A DNA stretch of 62,217 nt, filler included. It is 5 parts of 5 records of this genome, joined end to end, with 100 filler letters (N's around TTAATTAATTAA, not from the genome) between each part and the next. Parts side by side here need not be neighbours in the genome. Positions count along the whole stretch, not along the records: positions 38,322 to 47,336 come from DRR723986_24411; positions 47,437 to 62,217 come from DRR723986_24436; 3 more parts are not named here. The stretch is one strand, 5' to 3'. The position numbers and the translations under genes are program-made. The notes beneath the pieces are model-generated. The model had not been told where the DNA came from. It ran no database searches and saw nothing but the letters and a program-made list of their open reading frames with translations. Every line of letters begins with the position of its first letter. Positions within the stretch are counted from its first letter, which is position 1. Positions 40,115-49,946 of the stretch are shown piece by piece.

Positions 40115-42199
40115 TTAGCGTATCCAGATTTTGCGGGATTCTCTGAATTTACCTTCAGATTCAAAGATCAGAATATACAGCCCAGGAGTTAAAAAGCTTG
40201 CTTGGATTTCCACTTCAGTGTTGGCTGGAATAGAAATGTCACGTAGGAGTTCTTGTCCAAGTGAATTGACTAAAGTACCAGTGGAACTCTTATTCGTTAG
40301 TACTTTGATGGGCCCATCACTTGGGTTTGGGTAAACTATGATTTGATAATCGTCTTCGTTAGGATTGGATTCTGCTGTGGAAGTTAGATAGATCAAACCC
40401 CCAGCCCTAGTCCCCAAAATCAAATCGGTGGTACCCTTGAAAGTATCTGAAACAGTGGTAATCCAAGTATTTCTTCCCAAGCGCGTAGGGAAATATTGAT
40501 CTCCAATTTGGATTAACACTTCCGAAACGGTAGCCGATTGCATGAAGTCCTCAATTTTGCTCATTATCCCATTTTGATCTACAGTATAGAGGTCAGGATT
40601 TGTTTTTTGCACTACGGCAACACTTAGATTTCTATTGGCGGGATTGTCAGTAAATCCTAAGAAATCCGACTCCAAGAGGTTTGCAGTATAATTGGAAAAA
40701 TCAACGGCATACAAATCCAAGCTCCCATTTTGCGAAGCGACAAGCATATGATCTTCATTATCGTAATAGAAGAACTGCAGGTAATCTCCTCGTTGCGGTT
40801 GATATCCATCCAGTGTAATTGGCTGATATTCCAGGTTTTCTATCTCAAAAAGTAGCTGGGTTGGGATGCTCCCTTGTCTTGAGATTCCTGTGATCAGCTG
40901 GTGAACTCTGTTTTCTTTATCCCTGTAATATAATTTTTGGGCATCAATGAGTTTTTGGTTTTCAAGGGACTCATTGAAAATATCAACATAGATAAACTTT
41001 TCGCTTTCCAGAGAAAACATGGATTCTGTGGCAATAACTTCTCCGTTTTTCAGCCTATTTGAAATGATTACTAAGTTGCCGTTTGCACTGGATCCAATGT
41101 GGAAAGGCTTAGTGTTTTCTCCCAAGTCAATCATCTGATTTTGCAAGAACTCAAAGTCAGTATTTCCCTGTGCATCAATTTTCACAATTGAATTGGCAAA
41201 ATCAATCCCGAAATTGGAAGATGCTTCACTTGTATTCAGACTGACGATAAAATCTTCTTCGATTAGCTGACCAATGTGGAAAAGTGGGAAGTCAGGAAAG
41301 TCCCCATAGTTAGGAAGATTGTTTGTGAAACTGGTGAAAATAGGTTCGGAAGAAGTTCCTGAATTTGGAAGAAAATAAAGAATGTTACACTCATCACGTC
41401 CTAAGACTAGATCATCGATTCCGTCTCCATCAAAATCCTGATATAAAATAGAATGCCCCCCGGCATGTAAGATGCGGTCATTCTCATCATTTGCTTTTCT
41501 GGAATTCAGATCTTTTCCTTCACAGGTTTTTCCGAAGGAAATATCTCCGCAACCACAAAATTCAAAGCCTCCCCAATGATTCACTCCAAATGCAAATCCA
41601 TCCATATCGGCTGTACCTTTTCGTTCTACGCTGGTGTTTTTGTAAAACTCCATGTAGTCGCCTCCGGCAAAGTTGAAAATCACCAAATCCAAATCCCCAT
41701 CTCCATCCAAATCCTGGATGAGCGGTGTATCTAGGTTATTGGTTTGGATGTTACCCGAGCCGTCCAGCTTCAGGAAGTTTTGAGCAACATTCCAAGATAT
41801 CTGGCCGCCGTTGGAAGTGTTTTTATAGGCTTTTATTCCGAGAGCAGTGGAGGTAAATAGATCCTTTTTACCATCCCCGTCAAAATCAGCCAACACTAGA
41901 AATCCACTGATATCAGTAGGGAATGCATAAGTTAATTCGGGCAAGTGAATGAATTTTTCACCTTCTTTTCTGAAAACTAACAACTGTCGGGAATTGATGT
42001 CCCAGGTAACCCATTCTTCGATCCCATCTCCAGTTAGATCAATGGTTTCTAGTTGAGCGGAATTGATTCCTCCTGCGAAGGGAGAGGTTAATAAAACATC
42101 ACTGACTTCAACATCAGCCTGCTTATCTATTCGGAAAATTTCTTGTGCATTCAGCTGAAGGCTGCTGATCAGAAAAATGAAAATCCAGAGTTTACGCAT
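40115..42199 (-). CDS. FG-GAP/VCBS repeat protein with T9SS C-terminal sorting domain
   Basis: Signal peptide; repeated DxDGDGxxDL; C-terminal VYPNPS..GLYIL..KI. Confidence 0.85.
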   Translation of the reverse strand: MRKLWIFIFLISSLQLNAQEIFRIDKQADVEVSDVLLTSPFAGGINSAQLETIDLTGDGIEEWVTWDINSRQLLVFRKEGEKFIHLPELTYAFPTDISGFLVLADFDGDGKKDLFTSTALGIKAYKNTSNGGQISWNVAQNFLKLDGSGNIQTNNLDTPLIQDLDGDGDLDLVIFNFAGGDYMEFYKNTSVERKGTADMDGFAFGVNHWGGFEFCGCGDISFGKTCEGKDLNSRKANDENDRILHAGGHSILYQDFDGDGIDDLVLGRDECNILYFLPNSGTSSEPIFTSFTNNLPNYGDFPDFPLFHIGQLIEEDFIVSLNTSEASSNFGIDFANSIVKIDAQGNTDFEFLQNQMIDLGENTKPFHIGSSANGNLVIISNRLKNGEVIATESMFSLESEKFIYVDIFNESLENQKLIDAQKLYYRDKENRVHQLITGISRQGSIPTQLLFEIENLEYQPITLDGYQPQRGDYLQFFYYDNEDHMLVASQNGSLDLYAVDFSNYTANLLESDFLGFTDNPANRNLSVAVVQKTNPDLYTVDQNGIMSKIEDFMQSATVSEVLIQIGDQYFPTRLGRNTWITTVSDTFKGTTDLILGTRAGGLIYLTSTAESNPNEDDYQIIVYPNPSDGPIKVLTNKSSTGTLVNSLGQELLRDISIPANTEVEIQASFLTPGLYILIFESEGKFRESRKIWIR

Positions 42200-42292
42200 G
42201 GAATAGTAATGGCTAAGACAAATTAATACGGTTGTCTCCCTCCAAAGATGTGAATGATTCCTTTATTTTGGGAATTAATTCCTTCGAAAACG

Positions 42293-43588
42293 ATGAATCT
42301 TTCAATTTTATATACTCTCTTCAAAAATAGTACTGGCGTAAGCACTGACACTCGGAAAATCGAAAAAGGCAATATCTTTTTTGCGCTCAAAGGTCCAAAT
42401 TTCGATGCCAATGCTTTCGCGCCAAAAGCATTGGAAATGGGAGCTTCGGTAGTCGTGATTGATGACATTACTCATTTTGTTGAAGACGATGAGCGGTATT
42501 TTTTAGCAGTAGATTGTTTGAAGATGCTTCAGGATTTGGCAAATCATCATCGGAGGCAACTCGCTATTCCTATTATAGGATTGACGGGGTCAAATGGAAA
42601 AACAACCACTAAGGAATTGATGAAGGCGGTTTTAGGCAAGAAGTTCAAAACTGCCGCTACAGTTGGGAATCTGAATAATCATATAGGTGTACCGCTAACT
42701 TTACTCGCGATTGATGAAAAAGATGAGATCGCAATTGTGGAAATGGGAGCGAATAAACAAGGAGATATTGAAGAGCTTTGCTTGATTGCCGAGCCGACTC
42801 ATGGCGTGATCACTAACATTGGTAAAGCGCATCTGGAAGGAATGGGTGGCCCGGAAGGAGTGTTGAAAACGAAGACGGAATTGTTCCAGTTTTTGAGAGT
42901 AAATGACGGGAAGGTTTTTATCAATTCTCAGGATCCAATCTTGTCAAATTTTTCAAAGAGATTTGAAAGTCCAATTCTTTACCCTGCAGAAGGGGATTTC
43001 TGTGAAGTTACTTTTCAAGAAGCAAATCCATTTGTGAAGTTTTCAGTTGAAGGCTCGGAAGAGGTTTACCTTAGTTCGCTAATCGGGGCATATAATTTTG
43101 GAAATATTGCTACAGCGTTGACCATTGGAAAGTTTTTCGGAGTGGAGATGGAAAAAGCTGTAGAAGGAATAGTCGAATACAAGCCATTGAATATGCGTTC
43201 CCAATTGATTGAGAAGCGTAGCAATTTGATCATACTTGATGCCTACAATGCTAATCCATCAAGCATGGAAGTGGCTATTCGCACGTTCGGGGAAATGAGC
43301 GGTAAAAAGCATAAAATGCTAATCCTTGGCGACATGTTTGAATTGGGAGATCATGCCGAATCTGAACATGCTCGGTTGGGTGAAATCATCAGTGAATATG
43401 AAATTGAAAAGGTCTGCTTTACAGGTCAGCTGATAGTTTCAGCGCTGGCTAAATATCCAAAAGCATTGTATTTCCCAGATCCTTTTTCATTTAGAAATTG
43501 GCTTCAGGATAGCAAATTGGAGGATTATCTGATTCTGATTAAAGGAAGTCGCGGGATGAAGCTGGAAGGATTGGTTGATTTTATTTAA
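42293..43588 (+). CDS. murF: UDP-MurNAc-tripeptide--D-Ala-D-Ala ligase
   Basis: TGSNGKTTTKE, NLNNHIGVP, DAYNANP and IKGSRG motifs. Confidence 0.96.
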   Translation: MNLSILYTLFKNSTGVSTDTRKIEKGNIFFALKGPNFDANAFAPKALEMGASVVVIDDITHFVEDDERYFLAVDCLKMLQDLANHHRRQLAIPIIGLTGSNGKTTTKELMKAVLGKKFKTAATVGNLNNHIGVPLTLLAIDEKDEIAIVEMGANKQGDIEELCLIAEPTHGVITNIGKAHLEGMGGPEGVLKTKTELFQFLRVNDGKVFINSQDPILSNFSKRFESPILYPAEGDFCEVTFQEANPFVKFSVEGSEEVYLSSLIGAYNFGNIATALTIGKFFGVEMEKAVEGIVEYKPLNMRSQLIEKRSNLIILDAYNANPSSMEVAIRTFGEMSGKKHKMLILGDMFELGDHAESEHARLGEIISEYEIEKVCFTGQLIVSALAKYPKALYFPDPFSFRNWLQDSKLEDYLILIKGSRGMKLEGLVDFI

Positions 43589-44000
43589 AAAGGGCTAGGA
43601 ATTCTTGCGGAGTAAATACTGGAAGGGTGGATAACTTATAATCTTTTTTATTACGGGTAATGATAGCTTCTATTCTCGAGTTTTGATTGGCTGTTTCAAA
43701 TTGAATAGCATCTTCAAAATCCGTGAATCCATTTCGGAAAGCGTTTCTAATTTCAGCATCTCCAACCGGAAGAATTTTGCAATACTCTAAAATCTGTTGT
43801 ATGGACTTTATAGTTAGCTCTTTCCCAATTTCTTTTCTAGCCACGTAAAAGGAATTAGAAATCATGAGGCTTGAAAAAAAAATTGAAACTTCTCCGTTCG
43901 CTGCCAAGAGAAATATTGCGTTTGATTTTTCCACAAATGGATCTCGCGTTAATAAAGTATCCAAGAAAATATCCGAATCAACAAAAATATTATGAGCCAT
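43581..44000 (-). CDS. PIN-domain toxin
   Basis: IFVDSDIFLD, DFEDAIQ and IITRNKKDY motifs. Confidence 0.88.
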   Translation of the reverse strand: MAHNIFVDSDIFLDTLLTRDPFVEKSNAIFLLAANGEVSIFFSSLMISNSFYVARKEIGKELTIKSIQQILEYCKILPVGDAEIRNAFRNGFTDFEDAIQFETANQNSRIEAIITRNKKDYKLSTLPVFTPQEFLALFK

Positions 44001-44316
44001 ATTTTTTCATTAATTCCTCTGTTAGAATCTTTTTGTCTACTGACAATTCGGAATACTCTAATTCAGGATTGATTTTTGGCTTACGTGCAAAAAAAGTCTC
44101 CAAATTCTTAGGAAATGGCTCAGTCCCATCCAAAATCCTCTTTACAAGTTCAGGGTCTTTAGGGCTTATATTCTCTAAGACTTTTTCCTTAGATTCAGTC
44201 ACATCCGATAAAAGTGTTTCAACCAAAGCAGATAAACTTAGCCCTTGCTCTTCAGCATGCTTTTTTGCTTTTTCAGCAAGTTTTTCGTTGATGTCTAATG
44301 TTACCTTCGTTGTCAT
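43990..44316 (-). CDS. RHH antitoxin (DUF6364-like)
   Basis: MTTKVTLDI..AKKHA..SLSALVE pattern; overlaps the PIN gene start. Confidence 0.8.
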   Translation of the reverse strand: MTTKVTLDINEKLAEKAKKHAEEQGLSLSALVETLLSDVTESKEKVLENISPKDPELVKRILDGTEPFPKNLETFFARKPKINPELEYSELSVDKKILTEELMKKYGS

Positions 44317-44448
44317 GACTTCTGGATTATTCCATATAATTTAAGAAGATTTCTTCCAGTATTGAAATCAATTTTGCCTCAGTAAAGTTTACTTAAGTAT
44401 CCGATATCAGACGATTTTCAGATTTCAATAGTTACAAAAACCAACAAT

Positions 44449-45126
44449 ATGCGCCCATACTTACCTTTTCTAGCAGCCCTCGCCGAACATAACTCCAAAG
44501 AATGGATGGATGCCAATAAAAGTTGGTACCAGGAAACCAGAACTGAATTTTTGGAAGATGTAGCAGTTTTACTGAAAGGAATTGGAGAATGGGAACCTGA
44601 ATTGTTGGTGTTTAAGCCCAAAGATTGTGTCTTCAGACAAAATCGTGATATACGCTTTTCTGCTAACAAGATGCCCTATAAAACCAATTTTGGGGCCTAT
44701 TTTTCTCCCAAAGGAAAGAAGTCAGAAGGTCCAGGATATTACCTTCAGATCCAACCCGACAATTCTTTTATGGCTGGAGGAATATGGATGCCTCAGGCAG
44801 AGACGTTGAAAAAAATCAGAAAGGAAATAGATTACTCAGGAGCAGAACTTACAAAGATTGAAAGCAATAAAGACTTTAAATCACTTTTTGGCCAGATAGA
44901 GGGCGAAAAACTCAAAACCAGCCCACGCGATTACGAGGCTGATCATGAGTTTATAGAATACTTAAGGCTGAAGAGTTTTACGGTTTCTTCCAAAATCTCA
45001 GACCGGGATATTGAGTCTGGAAACTTCATCACTATCGCTTTGGATGGCTTTCAGAAAATGAGACCACTTCAAAATTTCCTTTCCAAAGCAATTGAGAATG
45101 TGGAAGATGGATCGGGAATATTGTAG
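44449..45126 (+). CDS. DUF2461 family protein
   Basis: NSKEW, FRQNRDIRFSANKMPYK and GYYLQI motifs. Confidence 0.88.
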   Translation: MRPYLPFLAALAEHNSKEWMDANKSWYQETRTEFLEDVAVLLKGIGEWEPELLVFKPKDCVFRQNRDIRFSANKMPYKTNFGAYFSPKGKKSEGPGYYLQIQPDNSFMAGGIWMPQAETLKKIRKEIDYSGAELTKIESNKDFKSLFGQIEGEKLKTSPRDYEADHEFIEYLRLKSFTVSSKISDRDIESGNFITIALDGFQKMRPLQNFLSKAIENVEDGSGIL

Positions 45127-45179
45127 ATTTTAAGTAGCAAGTGTCAAGTCGCTAGATTCAAGTCTATAGAACCGAGAGC

Positions 45180-46016
45180 CTAGATTTCAGGCCTAATTTC
45201 AAAATTGAAATCCCGAATTTTTTCTAATACCGCCGCTACACCATCTTCTTTGTTGTGATGCGTAATCTCTTTTGCGACAGCTTTAACCTCCATTCGGGCA
45301 TTTTCTACCGCGACTCCCCAGCCTACAGATTGTAGCAGGTCTATATCATTATAATTATCTCCAAAAGCTACCACGGATTCCATTCCAAAATCAAAGGCAT
45401 GCTGAAGAATTTTTCGAAGTCCGGTGGCTTTTGAAATGGCTTTTGGAGCGATTTCCAAATACGTTTCGCTGGATCTATACAAATGCAAATCAAGGGAATG
45501 TTCTGAGTGCAATTCGCCAAAAAGCCAAGCCATATCATTGGATTCTCCCATGCACATTACTTTATGAGCACCAGAATTATTCTTTGTCCAAAGATCAACC
45601 ACCTCGTGACCTGGAAGCCAATCGCATTGAACTTTCGTGTTTTTTACCTCGCGCTGTGACCAGTAATCGTCTTTTTCCTCATACCACTTTTCTCCCTGAT
45701 ACAAACTCACATGAATGTCAGTTTTTTGAGTGAGATGAAGGATTTTGGCAACCAAATCTACAGGGATGCTGACATCTTCGAGCACTTCTCCATCAGCACT
45801 CAAGACATAGCCACCATTGTAGCAAATCAAAGGTTGTGGAAATCTATTCATATCATGAAGCAAATGCCGCATTGCATCGGGCATGCGGGAACTTGCTAAA
45901 ATCACAGGAAATTCCATGGGTAAGTCGTTCACCACGGCTTTGAGGCGAGGGGATAAATCACGCACCGAATTGAGAAGGGTTCCGTCAATATCAGAGCAAA
46001 AAGCTTTTATTTCCAT
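45180..46016 (-). CDS. Cof-type HAD hydrolase
   Basis: DIDGTLL, ICYNGG, SKATGL and FGDNYND motifs. Confidence 0.92.
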   Translation of the reverse strand: MEIKAFCSDIDGTLLNSVRDLSPRLKAVVNDLPMEFPVILASSRMPDAMRHLLHDMNRFPQPLICYNGGYVLSADGEVLEDVSIPVDLVAKILHLTQKTDIHVSLYQGEKWYEEKDDYWSQREVKNTKVQCDWLPGHEVVDLWTKNNSGAHKVMCMGESNDMAWLFGELHSEHSLDLHLYRSSETYLEIAPKAISKATGLRKILQHAFDFGMESVVAFGDNYNDIDLLQSVGWGVAVENARMEVKAVAKEITHHNKEDGVAAVLEKIRDFNFEIRPEI

Positions 46017-46288
46017 CAATCGAAGTCAGACCAGTTTACATCATCAGCAAAATTGGCAAATACACCAAAACCAATAACAGCTATGAAAATGATTACAAGA
46101 GCGAAAATAATGAGTTTGACTATCAACTCTGCCTTTGCCCAGTTTGCCTTTTCAGGGTCGGTATTTTTGTCTGTTGCCCATACAATAAGCATGATCAAAC
46201 CAATCAAAGGGAGGCGTTTCACCATTACCGCGATTATCCATTCACCAAGTGAAGTAGGTGGTTTTTTGTATTCATTAGGTAATTCCAT
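46016..46288 (-). CDS. Small membrane protein
   Basis: Hydrophobic segments; LIVWA..KANWAKA pattern. Confidence 0.7.
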   Translation of the reverse strand: MELPNEYKKPPTSLGEWIIAVMVKRLPLIGLIMLIVWATDKNTDPEKANWAKAELIVKLIIFALVIIFIAVIGFGVFANFADDVNWSDFD

Positions 46289-46304
46289 CAATAAATAGGT
46301 TTAG

Positions 46305-46727
46305 TTAAAAATCTTTTGTGTCAAACAGGTACTCCTGCATGGCGACATTCTCTGGATTAGTAGGGTCTGTCTGAATAAACTGCACCGTAATTTGTTGATA
46401 ATCTTCAGCTTTTTCAAAATCCCGTAGATAAAGTTCGGCGCATTTTCTGGCCAAAACTTCTGGCTGATTTCCCAAAATCAAGGGATCACCATTTTCCAAT
46501 TTCAGGAAAATCGTAGAAGTAGTGGAATCATTTGCAGTTGATTTGCTGAGGTTGACGTTCATTCCTTGGAACTTTCCGAGCATCCGTATTTCTTCAGAAG
46601 GCATAAACCCTTCACCCATCATCGCTTCCATTCCTTTGAAAGCAAACTTGGCGATATTCTCAGGATTGCAGGAGCAGGAGCTGAGGCTGGCTAGAAAAAG
46701 TGAAAGTATAATAATTCGATTTCGCAT
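46305..46727 (-). CDS. Hypothetical lipoprotein
   Basis: Signal peptide with LSSC lipobox. Confidence 0.7.
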   Translation of the reverse strand: MRNRIIILSLFLASLSSCSCNPENIAKFAFKGMEAMMGEGFMPSEEIRMLGKFQGMNVNLSKSTANDSTTSTIFLKLENGDPLILGNQPEVLARKCAELYLRDFEKAEDYQQITVQFIQTDPTNPENVAMQEYLFDTKDF

Positions 46728-46771
46728 ATTGAATTCCAGCTGGAAGGTGGTTTATGCGAATTTAAACAATC

Positions 46772-47191
46772 TTAAGTAGATCTTTTCGAGATGACTAAAA
46801 TGGCACGCTTGTCTTCAGGTTTATGCGGACTGCTAAGGTCTGGAAATGGGACTGCGTCGATCAATTTTACAGCATATTCTTCGGTCGTAAATTCGTCAGA
46901 AAATCCACTGAACAACTCTTCTGTACTGAGTTTAAGCTGGTAATTCTTGCCCTCAATTGTAAGCATTCCTTCGATCATAATCATTCCTTGCCAAATGCAT
47001 TGTGCTCCAGCCGGGCAACGAGAGTCCTGAATGTCAAAAAGTGTAATGGAAATATTTTTAGGACAGTTTTGGATTGTTTCATCGATTGCTATCTCAAATT
47101 CTTTTCCAAAGTCAAACCCCTCACAATTGTTGTTGTCATCACATGAAAACAAAATTGAGACAGACAGGAATAGAAGTAAAAGGCTGCGCAT
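46772..47191 (-). CDS. Hypothetical lipoprotein
   Basis: Lipobox LFSC; DSRCPAGAQCIWQG motif. Confidence 0.75.
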   Translation of the reverse strand: MRSLLLLFLSVSILFSCDDNNNCEGFDFGKEFEIAIDETIQNCPKNISITLFDIQDSRCPAGAQCIWQGMIMIEGMLTIEGKNYQLKLSTEELFSGFSDEFTTEEYAVKLIDAVPFPDLSSPHKPEDKRAILVISKRST

Positions 47192-47286
47192 AAAGCTTAG
47201 ATATTGAGATATTTTGAAAGTGTAATCTAAACGGAATTGGGTATGGAATCGCTACAAAAAAGCCCTGCGCATAAATTGGAAAAAAC

Positions 47287-47315
47287 AAAAAGCCTCACAT
47301 TTCTGTGAAGCTTTT
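47287..47315 (-). terminator. Terminator downstream of the tRNA
   Basis: Imperfect AAAAGC.TCACA / TGTGA.GCTTTT stem with a U-tract on the minus strand. Confidence 0.6.
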
Positions 47316-47319
47316 GAAG

Positions 47320-47336
47320 TGGAGGATAACGGAGTC
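47320..47336 (-). tRNA. 3' end of a tRNA, probably tRNA-Ala, cut by the contig end
   Basis: Minus strand GACTCCGTTATCCTCCA (part of T arm and acceptor strand); anticodon not visible. Confidence 0.55.
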
Positions 47337-47436
47337 NNNNNNNNNNNNNNNNNNNNNNNNNNNNNNNNNNNNNNNNNNNNTTAATTAATTAANNNNNNNN
47401 NNNNNNNNNNNNNNNNNNNNNNNNNNNNNNNNNNNN
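47337..47436. other. Artificial contig linker
   Basis: N-run with TTAATTAATTAA. Confidence 0.98.
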
Positions 47437-47466
47437 AAACGGACACGGGCAAACGGACACGGGCAA
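47437..47466. repeat. 14-bp tandem repeat at the contig end
   Basis: AAACGGACACGGGC twice. Confidence 0.8.
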
Positions 47467-47622
47467 TTGGTGAATGGGAATCAGGCCGTCTCGGACTTTT
47501 ACTCATACGACGGGGTGCCAGAACACAGTTTTTCTCTACAGTGAAGAAGTGTGCGGCCGATCAGGCCGGGCGAACGGATTTCCACAGCTTTGCAGGCCTT
47601 CACCAGCGGGAGAAAAACAGCG

Positions 47623-48384
47623 ATGACGAAATCACTTGCGATCGTGACCGGAGCCAGTTCGGGGATTGGACGCGAAATTTGTGTGCACTTGGCTCGGGAC
47701 GGCTATCGAATCGGTGTCGATCACTATCGCGATGAAGACGGTGCGCGAGAGACGCTGAAACTGGTTGAGGAAGCGGGGTCCGCGGGCTGGATCTGCGATG
47801 CGGATGTCGGTAGCAAGGAGGAAGTTGACAAGCTGTTCGAGCTGGCCGCCCAAGACGAGGCGGACTTGCAGGTTTTCGTCAACAACGCCGCTATCCAGAC
47901 GTTCGCTTCTTTGGTCGATTTGAAGGAAGAAGAGTTCGATCGCACCATTCGCACCAACTTGAAAGGAACATTTTTATGCTCCCAAGCCGCCGCGAAGCAA
48001 ATGCTAGCACACGGAAATGGTGGCAACATCATCAACATCGGTTCTGGGGCCAACCAAGTTCCGTTTCCAGATCTCGTCGACTACTGCTGCAGCAAGGGTG
48101 GGATTGAAATGCTGACAAAGGTGTCGGCCGTTGAGCTCGGACCTTCGAAGATTCGCGTCAACTGCATCGCGCCTGGAGCGATTGAGAACGAGCGGACTCG
48201 CGCTGAAAGCCCTGGATACGCTGAAACCTGGGGAAACCTCGCACCGCTTCGCCGCTGTGGCACCAAGACTGACATCGCTCAGACGGTAAGCTACCTGGTT
48301 AGCGATGCAGCCAGTTTTGTGACCGGGCAGACACTGTTCATCGACGGTGGCCTATGGACCAAGAACGAGTGGCCCTACGAGTAA
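47623..48384 (+). CDS. SDR family oxidoreductase
   Basis: TGASSGIG, NNAA, YCCSK and VTGQTLFIDGG motifs. Confidence 0.93.
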   Translation: MTKSLAIVTGASSGIGREICVHLARDGYRIGVDHYRDEDGARETLKLVEEAGSAGWICDADVGSKEEVDKLFELAAQDEADLQVFVNNAAIQTFASLVDLKEEEFDRTIRTNLKGTFLCSQAAAKQMLAHGNGGNIINIGSGANQVPFPDLVDYCCSKGGIEMLTKVSAVELGPSKIRVNCIAPGAIENERTRAESPGYAETWGNLAPLRRCGTKTDIAQTVSYLVSDAASFVTGQTLFIDGGLWTKNEWPYE

Positions 48385-48552
48385 TCGCCTCGAAGGGGCA
48401 CGCAAACTGCCTGCATCCGGCGAAGCTCCAGCCGGCTGCAACCAGCAAGCTTCGCAGGTTGACCTGAAGTGTCACGAGGTGTTAAGACAGAGCCAGACTG
48501 GCTATCCCTCTCGGGGAGCTGCAATCGGTCCCTCAGGCGATCGGAGAAACTC

Positions 48553-49827
48553 ATGCGACTTCGGAATGGATTCCCCTACCCAGGCAGCGGCCAATGTATG
48601 TTCGCTGCGGCTCTATGCGTTGTCACCGCGCTGCTTGGAAACTTGCCGCCCGCAGCCATGGGCCAAGCTCCCATTTTGCCTCGACAGACTCCCACGCAGA
48701 CAGCCACCGCGCAAACAACCACCGCTCAGGCACCTGCGTCGCAGTACATAAATCCGCGAGCAATTAACTCCACCGGCACATCGCAGTTTAACAACGCGCC
48801 GGCCTTCTCGACGCCCCAATTACGCGTCGACCAAATGCCATTGGGCTCTTTGCCCGAGGAACGCGTCAACCAGTTTGTCTACGAACAAGCGAATCGCGGA
48901 GTCGTCCACATCGCGACGAAGAGCTCCACTTGGGATTCCTTTCTTGGCGTCTCCGTCCGCGAGGGCTCTGGCAGTGGTAGCGTGATGGATCGCCGTGGTT
49001 ATATCGTCACGAATCAGCACGTTGTCGACGGAGCCGGAGAAATCTCAGTCCGACTGTTCAATGGAAAACTGTACGACGGCAAACTAGTCGGTCAGGACGC
49101 TGAAACGGATATCGCAGTCGTAAAGATCGAAGCCCCGGCTGAGGAGCTCTTTCCGATTCAATGGGGCAATGCACCGGAGACGGAGATTGGGCACCGAATA
49201 TATGCAATCGGGAATCCATTCGGCCTTGAACGTACGATGACGCGTGGCATGGTGTCGAGCACGCGGCGAACGATTGCTTCCAGTGAAGGCCGGAATATGA
49301 GGTCGCTCATTCAGATCGATGCAGCCGTCAATCAAGGTAACTCAGGCGGTCCGCTACTGAACACCAGGGCACAACTAATTGGAATGAACACAGCCATCGC
49401 GACCAACAGTGGCGGCAGCGAAGGCATTGCATTTGCAATTCCCGTCAGCACGCTTCGCCGGGTTGTACCGCAGTTGATCAGCCAAGGCTACGTCACGCGT
49501 GCAACAATTGGCATTTCTCGCGTGTATGAAGTTGATCGCGGACTGCTGGTCGTAACCGTCACCCGAGGTGGTCCCGCCGAGGTTGCGGGGCTGCAGGGAT
49601 TTCGCGTCATCCCAAAAACGCTTGACCGCGGCGGGTACAAAGTCCAGCAGTTGAGTCTGGATCCCAGTCAGGCTGACATGATTGTTAGCGTCGATGGCAA
49701 AGCGGTTCGAACTGCCGATGAATTGCTGTCTGCAATCCACGATAAGCAGCCTGGGGACGTCGCCACGGTCCGCATCATCCGACAAGGGGAAACGCTGGAC
49801 GTTCCAGTCCGGCTTGGTGGGCAGTAG
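48553..49827 (+). CDS. HtrA/trypsin-like serine protease with PDZ domain
   Basis: TNQHVV, DIAV, AIGNPFG and NQGNSGGPL motifs. Confidence 0.92.
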   Translation: MRLRNGFPYPGSGQCMFAAALCVVTALLGNLPPAAMGQAPILPRQTPTQTATAQTTTAQAPASQYINPRAINSTGTSQFNNAPAFSTPQLRVDQMPLGSLPEERVNQFVYEQANRGVVHIATKSSTWDSFLGVSVREGSGSGSVMDRRGYIVTNQHVVDGAGEISVRLFNGKLYDGKLVGQDAETDIAVVKIEAPAEELFPIQWGNAPETEIGHRIYAIGNPFGLERTMTRGMVSSTRRTIASSEGRNMRSLIQIDAAVNQGNSGGPLLNTRAQLIGMNTAIATNSGGSEGIAFAIPVSTLRRVVPQLISQGYVTRATIGISRVYEVDRGLLVVTVTRGGPAEVAGLQGFRVIPKTLDRGGYKVQQLSLDPSQADMIVSVDGKAVRTADELLSAIHDKQPGDVATVRIIRQGETLDVPVRLGGQ

Positions 49828-49946
49828 TCGTTTTCCCAACAGCGGACGGACCAAACGTGCAGAACGTTGTCCGCTGGTATAGTACGACTTCAAAAATCTG
49901 AGTTATCGCCTAGTAGCCGACGCTGCGTCAAGCAGGTCGCAATCTG

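Noticed and set aside
47320-47336. tmRNA 3' end or an att site
   Set aside because: Only 17 nt are visible; they fit tRNA-Ala better and no integrase is nearby.
13997-47436. Recurring TTAATTAATTAA within N-runs and apparent neighbourhoods across them (e.g. R-M next to Tad)
   Set aside because: Artificial six-frame-stop linkers joining contigs of different composition and taxa; no biological adjacency.
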